Part shown: positions 1 through 7,486 of the stretch, one piece after another
Layout: every line of letters starts with the position of its first letter
Position numbering within the stretch: the first letter of the stretch is position 1
Program-made: the position numbers and the translations under genes
The notes under the pieces: generated by a model
Databases searched by the model: none
What the model was told of the DNA's origin: nothing
The model's input: only the letters and a program-made list of their open reading frames with translations
Origin: Kiritimatiellia bacterium
GTDB lineage: Bacteria; Verrucomicrobiota; Kiritimatiellia; RFP12; DVOR01
Direction of reading: 5' to 3'
Length of the DNA stretch: 64,000 nucleotides
Assembly: GCA_017558005.1 (NCBI GenBank)
Contig: JAFYWN010000009.1
Location: 13,072 to 77,071 of the forward strand

Positions 1-8
1 CCTCTCAA

Positions 9-410
9 ATGTACTTCTTTTGTGAGGTCGTCTATAGGACGGAGTTGGATAAAACACTCTATCGTGTTTTTGTCTTTAGATGCGAGAAAACGCTCTTGTT
101 AGAACGACAGACTGAAAAAAAGCCGTATTGGAGAATGGCTGCTATCCCACCATTTCAAAATTGCGTAGATCTGCGTACATGCCCCTTGAAACGCGGTGTT
201 GCACTCTTTGAAAAAACAATACGCGAATGGAATAAAGCCCCAAGTCTCGTTGCAGTTTATGCAATTCCAGAAAAAGATACCATCCGATGGTGTTTTTATG
301 GTGGAATGGTATGGGCAGAAGCGGCTAAAGAGATGGGATTAGGTGGCGATTACAACATTTTTTTGGATAAGCCGATGCGATGTGTGGTTCAGTTTCTGGG
401 TGGGAAGTAA
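9..410 (+). CDS. hypothetical protein (133-aa ORF; real start may be an internal Met)
   Basis: Only sizeable ORF at the left edge; followed by hairpin plus T-run at 478-505; no motif recognised. Confidence 0.3.
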   Translation: MYFFCEVVYRTELDKTLYRVFVFRCEKTLLLERQTEKKPYWRMAAIPPFQNCVDLRTCPLKRGVALFEKTIREWNKAPSLVAVYAIPEKDTIRWCFYGGMVWAEAAKEMGLGGDYNIFLDKPMRCVVQFLGGK

Positions 411-477
411 GGGATAGGCTTTAGTTTTAGGATTGCGCAGGGCCTTTCTGTACGTTGTTTAGGTGGGGGTTTGCATT

Positions 478-505
478 AGAAGTCGGCTAAGCCTCGGCTT
501 CTTTT
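478..505 (+). terminator. candidate intrinsic terminator
   Basis: agaagtcgg...cctcggcttct imperfect 9-bp stem (two G-U pairs) followed by tttt. Confidence 0.35.
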
Positions 506-601
506 GACAAGGCGGGGTGGTTATGAGAGAATAGACCCCGTATTTCTCTTTGGATGCCTTGGAATGAGGCTGGAATTGTTCGTAGGTGATGTGCGAACAC
601 A

Positions 602-1591
602 ATGGGTGGATTGATGGGTATGATGACCTTTCTCAAACGGGCTGCAACATTTTTGACGACGTATACGTCTGCAATCATTATTTTGGTTTCGGTGGTGACC
701 TTTTGCCAACCCCAACTCTTCATGTGGGTGAAGGGGGATTGGCAGACGGTGGTTTTGGGTATTATCATGCTTACGATGGGCATGACGTTGAAGCCGCAAG
801 ATTTTGCAGTATTGGTTCAGCGGCCTGTAGATTTATTAATCGGTGCGTGTGCTCAGTTTACTTTGATGCCTTTGCTCGCGTTTGGCTTGGTTCATCTCTT
901 CCAATTGCCAACGGGAATCGCGGTGGGGCTTGTCTTGGTGGGGTGTTCGCCAGGGGGTGTTTCTTCGAATTTGATTACTTTTTTGAGTAAGGGCGATATC
1001 GCATTTTCGGTGGGGATGACCACGGTTTCAACGTTGCTTTCGCCGATTTTGACACCGTTATTGATGGTGCTTCTCATTGGTAATCGCGTGGATATTCACG
1101 CGATGGCGCTCTTTAAATCAATCCTAATTGTCACCCTTTTACCGATTGGCTTGGGATTAGGGGCGAATCTCTTATGGGGGAAGTCGAGCCGTTATCAGGC
1201 GATTTGTGGCGTTATGCCTGGGGTGTCGGTGCTGGCCTTTGCCTGTATTGTGGGCGGAGTCGTGGCGTATAACGGCGCACGTTTCTTTGATTCGGGCCTG
1301 CTCATTTTTGTGGGTGTCTTTTTACACAATCTCTTGGGGTATGGCACTGGTTATTTGGCTGCCTTGGCGGCGCGAATGCCATTGGCCAAACGTCGCACGG
1401 TGGCCATTGAGGTGGGGATTCAGAATGCGGGTTTAGCCACGAATTTGGCCACGAATCACTTCGCATTTCACCCTGAGGCGGCAATTGCGGCGGCGGTGAG
1501 TTGCGTTTGGCACTCCATCTCTGGAACGCTAATCGCGGCCTTCTTCCAATTGATTGACGCGCGCAAACAGAAGCATGCGCCCCGTGCGTGA
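602..1591 (+). CDS. bile acid:sodium symporter (BASS/SBF) family transporter
   Basis: 329 aa, polytopic; LGIIMLTMGMTLKPQDF, LVGCSPGGVSSN and EVGIQNAGLA blocks typical of the BASS family. Confidence 0.85.
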   Translation: MGGLMGMMTFLKRAATFLTTYTSAIIILVSVVTFCQPQLFMWVKGDWQTVVLGIIMLTMGMTLKPQDFAVLVQRPVDLLIGACAQFTLMPLLAFGLVHLFQLPTGIAVGLVLVGCSPGGVSSNLITFLSKGDIAFSVGMTTVSTLLSPILTPLLMVLLIGNRVDIHAMALFKSILIVTLLPIGLGLGANLLWGKSSRYQAICGVMPGVSVLAFACIVGGVVAYNGARFFDSGLLIFVGVFLHNLLGYGTGYLAALAARMPLAKRRTVAIEVGIQNAGLATNLATNHFAFHPEAAIAAAVSCVWHSISGTLIAAFFQLIDARKQKHAPRA

Positions 1592-1604
1592 GGGGACTCA
1601 CGCA
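1585..1604. terminator. hairpin between convergent genes (possible bidirectional terminator)
   Basis: tgcgtgag-ggga-ctcacgca, perfect 8-bp stem with 4-nt loop, overlapping the transporter stop codon; no T-run. Confidence 0.25.
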
Positions 1605-1620
1605 GTGCGTGGGCTAGGCA

Positions 1621-3231
1621 TTAGGAGAGCAGGGAGCGGAATTTGAGGTTGAATTTCGCGAGGTATTTTGAGAGTCGGTCAGTGTGATTGGCCGACTTTT
1701 TTGCGCGCATGGAGACGGCATAGAGTTTACGGGCGGCATCTGCCATGGAGTCTGAGGTGCGGCAGACGCGAATGACGTGGGCGAGCTGCACGAGGTCAAA
1801 GGCGTCGTAGTGTTCGGCATAGTCTGCGCCGAGGTGGGTGGCGAGGAGGTTTTGCGTCTCGGCATCGTCGGATGCTTGGTCTGCGGGGGTGGGGGTGACG
1901 CGCGCAATTTCTTCTTCTACGAGGTCTAAGGTGATACGACCGCCATCGGCGAGGGTTCCCATGCGAGTGACCATGGCATTGAGATCACGGAAGTTGCCCT
2001 CCCATTGGGTGGTGGGATGAAGGGCGTAGTCTAAAAAGCGTTCGCGCGCCTGTTTGTTAAAGGAGATGAATTTTCCAGTGCGGGAGGCGTAACGATTGAG
2101 TTCGTACTCAAGGTTGGGGGCGATGTCTTCGCGGCGTGCGGCCAACCCCGGGAGGCAGAAGCTCCAGAGATTGATACGCGCCAAGAGGTCGCGACGGAAT
2201 TTGTTATTACGCACTTCGGCTTCAAGGTCACGATTGGTGCCGCAGATGAGTTGGAAATCACTCGTCTCATCGGCGGTGGCCCCGAGGGGACGGAAGGTTT
2301 TTTCTTCGATTGCCTTAAGGAGAAGGGTCTGCGCTTCTAAGGGGAGTTCGCCGATTTCATCCAAGAAGATAATGCCGCCATCGGCCTCTTTTAGGAATCC
2401 AGTGTGGTCGGTGCCCGCGCCAGAGAAGGCTCCCTTTTTATGACCAAAGAGGGCAGATTTCGCCAAGTCGCCGCCAAGGGTGGCGCAGTTGACAGCAACG
2501 AAGCGGCCCTTGACTTTACCCGTTTGCTTCTTGAGGAGATAGATTTGCTTGGCGAGTTGGGTCTTGCCGGCACCCGTGGGACCGCTAAGGAGAATGGGGT
2601 CAATCGAACGCACAGCGACGCGTTCAATCGTTTCAATCAACCTATTGAAGGCGGGGCTTTTGGTATCAATGCCCTGCTTTAGGAAGGTGAGGTCGTCTTG
2701 ACGTTCGGATTCAAAGCGTGTGGCGAGTTTGTCATAACGCGACAGGTCGAGGTCAATAATCGTGTGGGTGCCTTTGGGGTCTTTGGAGTGGCGGACGTGC
2801 CCCTCTTTTGGGGTGGTCTGAATGAGTTTGGCAGGGAAGTGCCTGGATTCTGCTAAGAGGAAGAGGCAGATCTGCTCCACGTGTGAACCCGTGGTCATAT
2901 GGATGTAATAATCAGTCTTTTCCTCGTGGAAACAGGGGCTTTTGGAGTAGTCATAGAATTTTTCATAGACCTCTTCAAAGTCCCATGGGTTCTGAAGCTC
3001 AATATTGTCAAAGATGACTTCCGTTTCGGGGGAGACGGAGGCGATGTCTTCTTTAATGCGGTTGGCAAGCGGTAGAAATTCACGATTGAAGATGAGGTGC
3101 AACTCATCAATGGGCAGGGTGTCTTGTTGGACAAGGCCAATGGTGGGGCGCCAAGTATCCCAACGGGTGGGGCCGTAGCCGCCATGTGCGTCTTTTTGTG
3201 TGCCAAGCACAGAGATAACGGTAGTCTTCAT
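1621..3231 (-). CDS. rtcR: RtcR, sigma-54-dependent activator with N-terminal CARF-like sensor domain
   Basis: 536 aa. N-terminus (VLGTQKD...RWDTWRPT...SVSPETEV...NPWDFEEVY...HMTTGSHVEQICLFLL) matches the RtcR-specific domain of E. coli RtcR as I recall it. AAA+ core has GPTGAGKT, GAFSGA loop and FLDEIGEL. Divergent from a sigma-54 promoter and rtcA/rtcB. Confidence 0.9.
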   Translation of the reverse strand: MKTTVISVLGTQKDAHGGYGPTRWDTWRPTIGLVQQDTLPIDELHLIFNREFLPLANRIKEDIASVSPETEVIFDNIELQNPWDFEEVYEKFYDYSKSPCFHEEKTDYYIHMTTGSHVEQICLFLLAESRHFPAKLIQTTPKEGHVRHSKDPKGTHTIIDLDLSRYDKLATRFESERQDDLTFLKQGIDTKSPAFNRLIETIERVAVRSIDPILLSGPTGAGKTQLAKQIYLLKKQTGKVKGRFVAVNCATLGGDLAKSALFGHKKGAFSGAGTDHTGFLKEADGGIIFLDEIGELPLEAQTLLLKAIEEKTFRPLGATADETSDFQLICGTNRDLEAEVRNNKFRRDLLARINLWSFCLPGLAARREDIAPNLEYELNRYASRTGKFISFNKQARERFLDYALHPTTQWEGNFRDLNAMVTRMGTLADGGRITLDLVEEEIARVTPTPADQASDDAETQNLLATHLGADYAEHYDAFDLVQLAHVIRVCRTSDSMADAARKLYAVSMRAKKSANHTDRLSKYLAKFNLKFRSLLS

Positions 3232-3251
3232 GAGGATAAGTTAACATAAAA

Positions 3252-3295
3252 CTGGATAGTTTGTCTATTTTTTTGGATAGTTTTTGTGGATAATT
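3252..3295. promoter_or_regulatory. three direct repeats TGGATA(G/A)TT, candidate RtcR upstream activating sites
   Basis: TGGATAGTTT at 3252-3261 and 3273-3282 (21-nt spacing, two helical turns) and TGGATAATTG at 3286-3295. They sit ~140-180 nt upstream of the sigma-54 promoter, with long A/T tracts between. Confidence 0.35.
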
Positions 3296-3433
3296 GTTAT
3301 TTTGTTGAAGGGGATGTTTGGAAGTTAGCCTTCATTGCCCGCACGCGTATTCTTTTACTATGGTAAGGGCGTGGGGGTGTTTTCATGTTTTTTTGATGAA
3401 AAAAAGATTTTTTGTTTTTTTTATTTCGGCATT

Positions 3434-3449
3434 TGGCACGGCAGGTGCA
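3434..3449 (+). promoter_or_regulatory. sigma-54 (-24/-12) promoter of the Rtc operon
   Basis: TGGCACGGCAGGTGCA versus consensus TGGCACG-N4-TTGCW. GG (3435-36) and GC (3447-48) are exactly 12 nt apart, with one mismatch. About 60 nt upstream of the ATG at 3511 and opposite rtcR. Confidence 0.65.
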
Positions 3450-3510
3450 ATGAAGACAGTGCTGGTTTGTCAATAAAGGTTTTGGCACGCAAGAAGAAAG
3501 GAATTTAAAA

Positions 3511-3972
3511 ATGAAAAAGAACGTATCGATTGCGCGAGCATTGAAGGAAAAGAATCGTATCGCAGGTCGGTTGCGACAGGCCTTGGAGGAAGTGGGAAAG
3601 GAAAACTCTCAAGATGTGCGTATTCCGCGTGGGGTTGATGTCTTGGAGATGTACGAACAAGCCAAGCAATTACGGGCACGATTGTTGGCTACGAAGCGTG
3701 CGATTGCGGAAGCCAACCATGCGATCGTCGGGAAGATTCTGGAGTTGGATGAGGTTAAGGCACAGATTGCCTTCTTGAATGGTCTGAATGTGAAGGAGGG
3801 GCGGTTTGTGACGACACGTTATTCGGAGACGATTGAAACGGAGGTGACGGCCGTAATTCAGAAGGCGCAAGTCTTGAAAGAAGTGGAGGTACTTCAAAAA
3901 CAAGCGGATGCGCTTCAAGATGAGTTGGATAACTTTAATGCAACAACGTTTGTGGAGATTGAAGTGGACTGA
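3511..3972 (+). CDS. hypothetical 153-aa all-helical/coiled-coil protein, first gene of the Rtc operon
   Basis: RBS aaagga 8 nt upstream of the ATG. Heptad-like charged sequence; the ends (SIARALKEKNRIAGRL... and ...LQDELDNFNATTFVEIEV) resemble, from memory only, the ~150-aa DIP1984/septicolysin-like family. Confidence 0.7.
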   Translation: MKKNVSIARALKEKNRIAGRLRQALEEVGKENSQDVRIPRGVDVLEMYEQAKQLRARLLATKRAIAEANHAIVGKILELDEVKAQIAFLNGLNVKEGRFVTTRYSETIETEVTAVIQKAQVLKEVEVLQKQADALQDELDNFNATTFVEIEVD

Positions 3973-3984
3973 GTAGGATTTAAA

Positions 3985-4146
3985 AAAGTCACACCGCTAC
4001 ATCTTCTGCAGGCTTATACCTGCATGACAATTAACGGGATTGAAACGCCCTCGCATGAGGTTTAAACCTTAAAGGGTAAGTGCTTAATCCGTAAATTGAA
4101 AAACTTAAATCGTAAACCTTATTTTTAGATGGAGTGATGTGACTTT
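3985..4146 (+). ncRNA. candidate structured RNA (long terminal stem plus nested internal helices)
   Basis: 3985-4004 pairs with 4127-4146: 18 of 20 positions (17 Watson-Crick, 1 G-U, 2 mismatches). Internal perfect hairpin tgcagg-cttata-cctgca (4007-4024). Nested helices 4034-4041/4086-4092, 4048-4051/4073-4076 and 4058-4061/4066-4069. No credible ORF in the 291-nt gap. Confidence 0.35.
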
Positions 4147-4205
4147 CTCTCAAGGGAATTAGGGTGAAAACGTTATGAACCTTGGGAGTTTTCTTTTTGA
4201 TTTTT
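4147..4205 (+). terminator. terminator-like or attenuator hairpin inside the operon
   Basis: ctctcaagg (4147-4155) pairs with ccttgggag (4180-4188): 9 bp with one G-U and a 24-nt loop, followed by ttttctttttgattttt. Confidence 0.45.
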
Positions 4206-4263
4206 GGATGAACAGCATGAGTGATGAGTAATTTCACTAAAAACTTGAACAAGGAGGTGACAG

Positions 4264-5424
4264 ATGAACATTATTAAGACTGGTGAATATTATCGTATTT
4301 TTGGCAATGGCGTTCAGGTTGGGAAGGTTCTATCCCCAGCGATGTATGAAGTCGTCTTTGTAAAGAATGATGGGTTTTATTTGCGTGCAACACCGAATCC
4401 AGTGGTACAAATTGGGAAGGTGTATGGTCGCATGACCGAACGGATTGAGAAGGTGCTAAAGAGTTATGCGCTTTCACAACGTAATTTAGGTGTGATTCTT
4501 TCTGGTGCGAAGGGCATTGGGAAGTCGCTCTTTGCAAAGTTAATTTCGTTACGGGCGATTGACGAGGGGCTACCTGTTATTATGGTAAACCAATACTATG
4601 AGGGTCTTCCACAATTCCTGGCGTCAATTGAACAACGGTGCATGGTGTTGTTTGATGAGTTTGATAAGAACTTCTTTGACCCTTCACGTGAAACAGAAGA
4701 TCATACTGCTGTACAAGATTCGTTTTTAACCTTGTTCGATGGAGTGTATGCGTCAAATAAGTTGTTTGTGATTACGGCGAATTCTTTGGGTAGACTCTCG
4801 GAATTCTTAATTAATCGTCCAGGACGTTTCCGTTATCACTTACGCTTTACTTATCCCGATGAGGCAGAGATTCGCCAATTTTTAAAGGATCAATTAGGCG
4901 AGGCTGCAAATCCAGAAGAGGTTGATAATGTGGTTAAGTTTTCCACGATGGTCCCATTATCGTATGACTGTCTTACTGCGATTGCTTCAGAATTGGTTTT
5001 AGGAGAGAGTTTTGATGCGTGCCTTGAAGTGCTCAATATCTTGAATGTGACGGGTTATCACTACTACAGTGCACGGGTGCGCTTTGCAAGTGGTGAAGAA
5101 TTGCAACAGCGTTGGGTTGGGCAGCATAACTTCTTTGATAAGTCGCGCGATGCGATGTATCTGAATATTGATCTTGAAGGCATTTCAGGCACTCAGGAGG
5201 TGGAACTTGGCACACTATTAATGAAATGTGGTGATGTTCGAAAGTGTGGCACGTTTTTGCAGGATGGTAGTATTGTTATTCCATACGAAAACGGTCGTAA
5301 CTTTCGTTGGGTACAAAAGAGCTCAAAGGGTCGCCAATTGGATGAGCGCTACAAGGCACCAATAGAATTGATCTTAGAGTCTGGGGCTGGGCACCGTCAA
5401 GTTTCATTTAAGGATTTGTTTTAA
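4264..5424 (+). CDS. classical-clade AAA+ ATPase with unique N- and C-terminal domains
   Basis: RBS aggagg. Walker A GAKGIGKS (nt 4504-4527), Walker B MVLFDEFD, sensor-1 VITAN, second region of homology RPGRFRYHLRFTYPD. The ~75-aa N-terminal and ~130-aa C-terminal regions are unrecognised. Confidence 0.85.
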   Translation: MNIIKTGEYYRIFGNGVQVGKVLSPAMYEVVFVKNDGFYLRATPNPVVQIGKVYGRMTERIEKVLKSYALSQRNLGVILSGAKGIGKSLFAKLISLRAIDEGLPVIMVNQYYEGLPQFLASIEQRCMVLFDEFDKNFFDPSRETEDHTAVQDSFLTLFDGVYASNKLFVITANSLGRLSEFLINRPGRFRYHLRFTYPDEAEIRQFLKDQLGEAANPEEVDNVVKFSTMVPLSYDCLTAIASELVLGESFDACLEVLNILNVTGYHYYSARVRFASGEELQQRWVGQHNFFDKSRDAMYLNIDLEGISGTQEVELGTLLMKCGDVRKCGTFLQDGSIVIPYENGRNFRWVQKSSKGRQLDERYKAPIELILESGAGHRQVSFKDLF

Positions 5425-5453
5425 GGTCTAATCGCATAAGAAAGAGGTGTAAG

Positions 5454-6365
5454 ATGAACGAACAAACACGTAAATTTGATATCTATCAAGGGCATGGTGA
5501 TCACAATGAATGCGTGAATGGCTATGAGAATGAGGCGGAGTTTTTTGGCGAGTGGTTGCCTCGTGCGTGCCAAGAGGGGACTGTTCTGGCTGCTACAAAT
5601 GAAAAGGTGCAATGGTATCGTGAAGCGGATGAAGACGTTAAAGACGGATTGAAAACGCTTGAAGAAGGGCATGTAGTATTGCTTGGAGATGGCTCCGGTC
5701 CTGTACGTTTGGCAGTTTTGTTGGTAGGGGATAAGGAAGAGAAAAAGTTTGAACTCGCCTCTTTCTATCCCGAATGCGATGGTGTCGCGGTTCGTATCCG
5801 TTTGACGGAGATTCATGAATGGGCTGCAGGGTTAGAGGCGACGTTAGAAGGTGAACTGGTTGACTGTGAAGATCGGCAAGTGGCTTTTTTTGACACGCGT
5901 TATGTCTTCAACAAAGATCAGTATAAGGTCGGTGAAATTTATACGTTTAATTTGGCGGCGCTTGCCAATACTGCGGAAGTTTTGCCAGAGGAGAGTCGTG
6001 AGATTCGCATTGAAGGTGAACGTGCGGTGGAACACTATCGGATGAGAGGTGAAGAAATTTCCTATGATGAATCGGGTAATGTGAAGCCGATAATCTTTCG
6101 ATTGGATGAGCTGGTGGCCTTGTTTCAATTGGATGCAGCTTATCCAGATGATGCGGAGTTTCAGTCTCCAGTAATTGATGATGTTGAAACATTTGAGAAA
6201 TTCAATACATCGTTTTACCAATTCAAGATTGGTATTGCGCGAGGGTGTGAAGAATCGGTTGAGATTCCCTTGATTGCAAAACAGGCACTGTTTAACGAAG
6301 TGCCAACCGTTGGTGAGCCTGTTCGTGGACATCTGTGGTTACATGGGCATTTGGTTTTAGGCTAA
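5454..6365 (+). CDS. hypothetical acidic protein (303 aa)
   Basis: RBS agaggt, 29 nt after the AAA+ gene and 23 nt before rtcA. By my count ~61 Asp+Glu versus ~29 Lys+Arg; no recognised motif. Confidence 0.7.
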   Translation: MNEQTRKFDIYQGHGDHNECVNGYENEAEFFGEWLPRACQEGTVLAATNEKVQWYREADEDVKDGLKTLEEGHVVLLGDGSGPVRLAVLLVGDKEEKKFELASFYPECDGVAVRIRLTEIHEWAAGLEATLEGELVDCEDRQVAFFDTRYVFNKDQYKVGEIYTFNLAALANTAEVLPEESREIRIEGERAVEHYRMRGEEISYDESGNVKPIIFRLDELVALFQLDAAYPDDAEFQSPVIDDVETFEKFNTSFYQFKIGIARGCEESVEIPLIAKQALFNEVPTVGEPVRGHLWLHGHLVLG

Positions 6366-6388
6366 AAAAAGTAGAAAGGATTTGAGAG

Positions 6389-7486
6389 ATGAGTGATGAA
6401 ATGATTGTGATTGATGGTGCCATGGGTGAAGGTGGTGGACAGATGCTGCGCACGGCGTTAACGATGAGTGCGGTAACTGGAAAGCCCTTTGAGATGGTGA
6501 ATATTCGTGCGAAGCGCGAGGTGCCAGGATTGCGGCGCCAACACTTGACGGGATTGCGCGCTGCTGCAGAGATCTGCGGAGCGGAGGTGACGGGGGATGA
6601 GGTTAAGTCGATGCGCGTGACCTTCCGTCCGGGCGCAATTAAGGCGGGCGACTACCGTTTTAGTATCGGGACGGCAGGGAGTGTGACCTTGGTGGCGCAG
6701 ACCGTGGTGCCGATTCTCTTGTGCGCAGATGCTCCTTCGAAGGTGGTCATCACGGGTGGAACACATGTATCAATGGCTCCTACGTGGGAATTCTTTGAGA
6801 AGACCTACGTGCCACAGTTGCAGGCAATGGGAGCAGAGGTCAAGGCAAAGCTGCGTCACTATGGCTTCTATCCTGCTGGCGGCGGTGAGGTGGTTTTGGA
6901 AATCCAACCTTGGAAGGTGGCAAAGCCTTTGGAACTGCTTACGCGTGGGCCGAAGGTGGAAACTTGGATTACGGCAAAGGTGGCGCATCTCTCGTTAGGG
7001 ATTGCTTCGACAGAGGCGAAGATTGTGTATGATCAATTGCCTGGGCGTGAGATGCGCATGCAAGTGGAGGAAGTCGGTTCGCATGGAACGGGCAACTACT
7101 GTTTGTTCGTGAAAAAGTGTCAAAACATCACGGCGGTCTTCTCGGAGATTGGAACGTATGGGAAGTCGCGTAAGGCGGTGGCGAATAGCGTGGCGCAGCA
7201 AGCGAAGGCCTACTTACGGGCAAGTTTCGTGGCGGATACGCACTTGAGTAATCAATTGTTGCTGCCCATCGTGCTCGCAGCCGATCGCGTGCCCGCAGAG
7301 AGTCTCTATTGGGGGAAGTTCTCAATGCCCCGAAAACATTCGCAACATTTTGATACGAATTGGGAGATCTTAAAATTGTTCCGCGAAGACTGCGCAATGG
7401 TAGAGGTGCCATCGAAACGATGCAAGTATACGACGAAGGTTTATATTGGTAAGAAAGGATTTGAAAATGAAGTGGCAGAAGCTTGA
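6389..7486 (+). CDS. rtcA: RNA 3'-terminal phosphate cyclase
   Basis: GEGGGQMLRTAL, PGLRRQHLT, GDYRFSIGTAGSVTL, HYGFYPAGGGEV, and C-terminal SQHFDTN carrying the candidate adenylylated His. Confidence 0.92.
   Translation: MSDEMIVIDGAMGEGGGQMLRTALTMSAVTGKPFEMVNIRAKREVPGLRRQHLTGLRAAAEICGAEVTGDEVKSMRVTFRPGAIKAGDYRFSIGTAGSVTLVAQTVVPILLCADAPSKVVITGGTHVSMAPTWEFFEKTYVPQLQAMGAEVKAKLRHYGFYPAGGGEVVLEIQPWKVAKPLELLTRGPKVETWITAKVAHLSLGIASTEAKIVYDQLPGREMRMQVEEVGSHGTGNYCLFVKKCQNITAVFSEIGTYGKSRKAVANSVAQQAKAYLRASFVADTHLSNQLLLPIVLAADRVPAESLYWGKFSMPRKHSQHFDTNWEILKLFREDCAMVEVPSKRCKYTTKVYIGKKGFENEVAEA

Noticed and set aside
3483-3498. Second TGGCAC (tttggcacgcaagaagaa), 22 nt before the first operon ATG
   Set aside because: The position 12 nt downstream of the GG is GA, not GC, so there is no -12 element. 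It also overlaps the RBS. The upstream site at 3434-3449 fits the consensus.
3985-4146. Calling the structured region a bona fide Y RNA (YrlA-like) or a tRNA
   Set aside because: No Ro/TROVE protein is encoded nearby. I could not identify a canonical Ro-binding bulged helix or a T-loop/D-loop. I kept it only as an unclassified ncRNA candidate.
4031-4252. 73-aa minus-strand ORF within the Rtc operon gap
   Set aside because: It is antisense to the operon, has no RBS, and has low-complexity K/F/H-rich sequence. The region is better explained by RNA structure.
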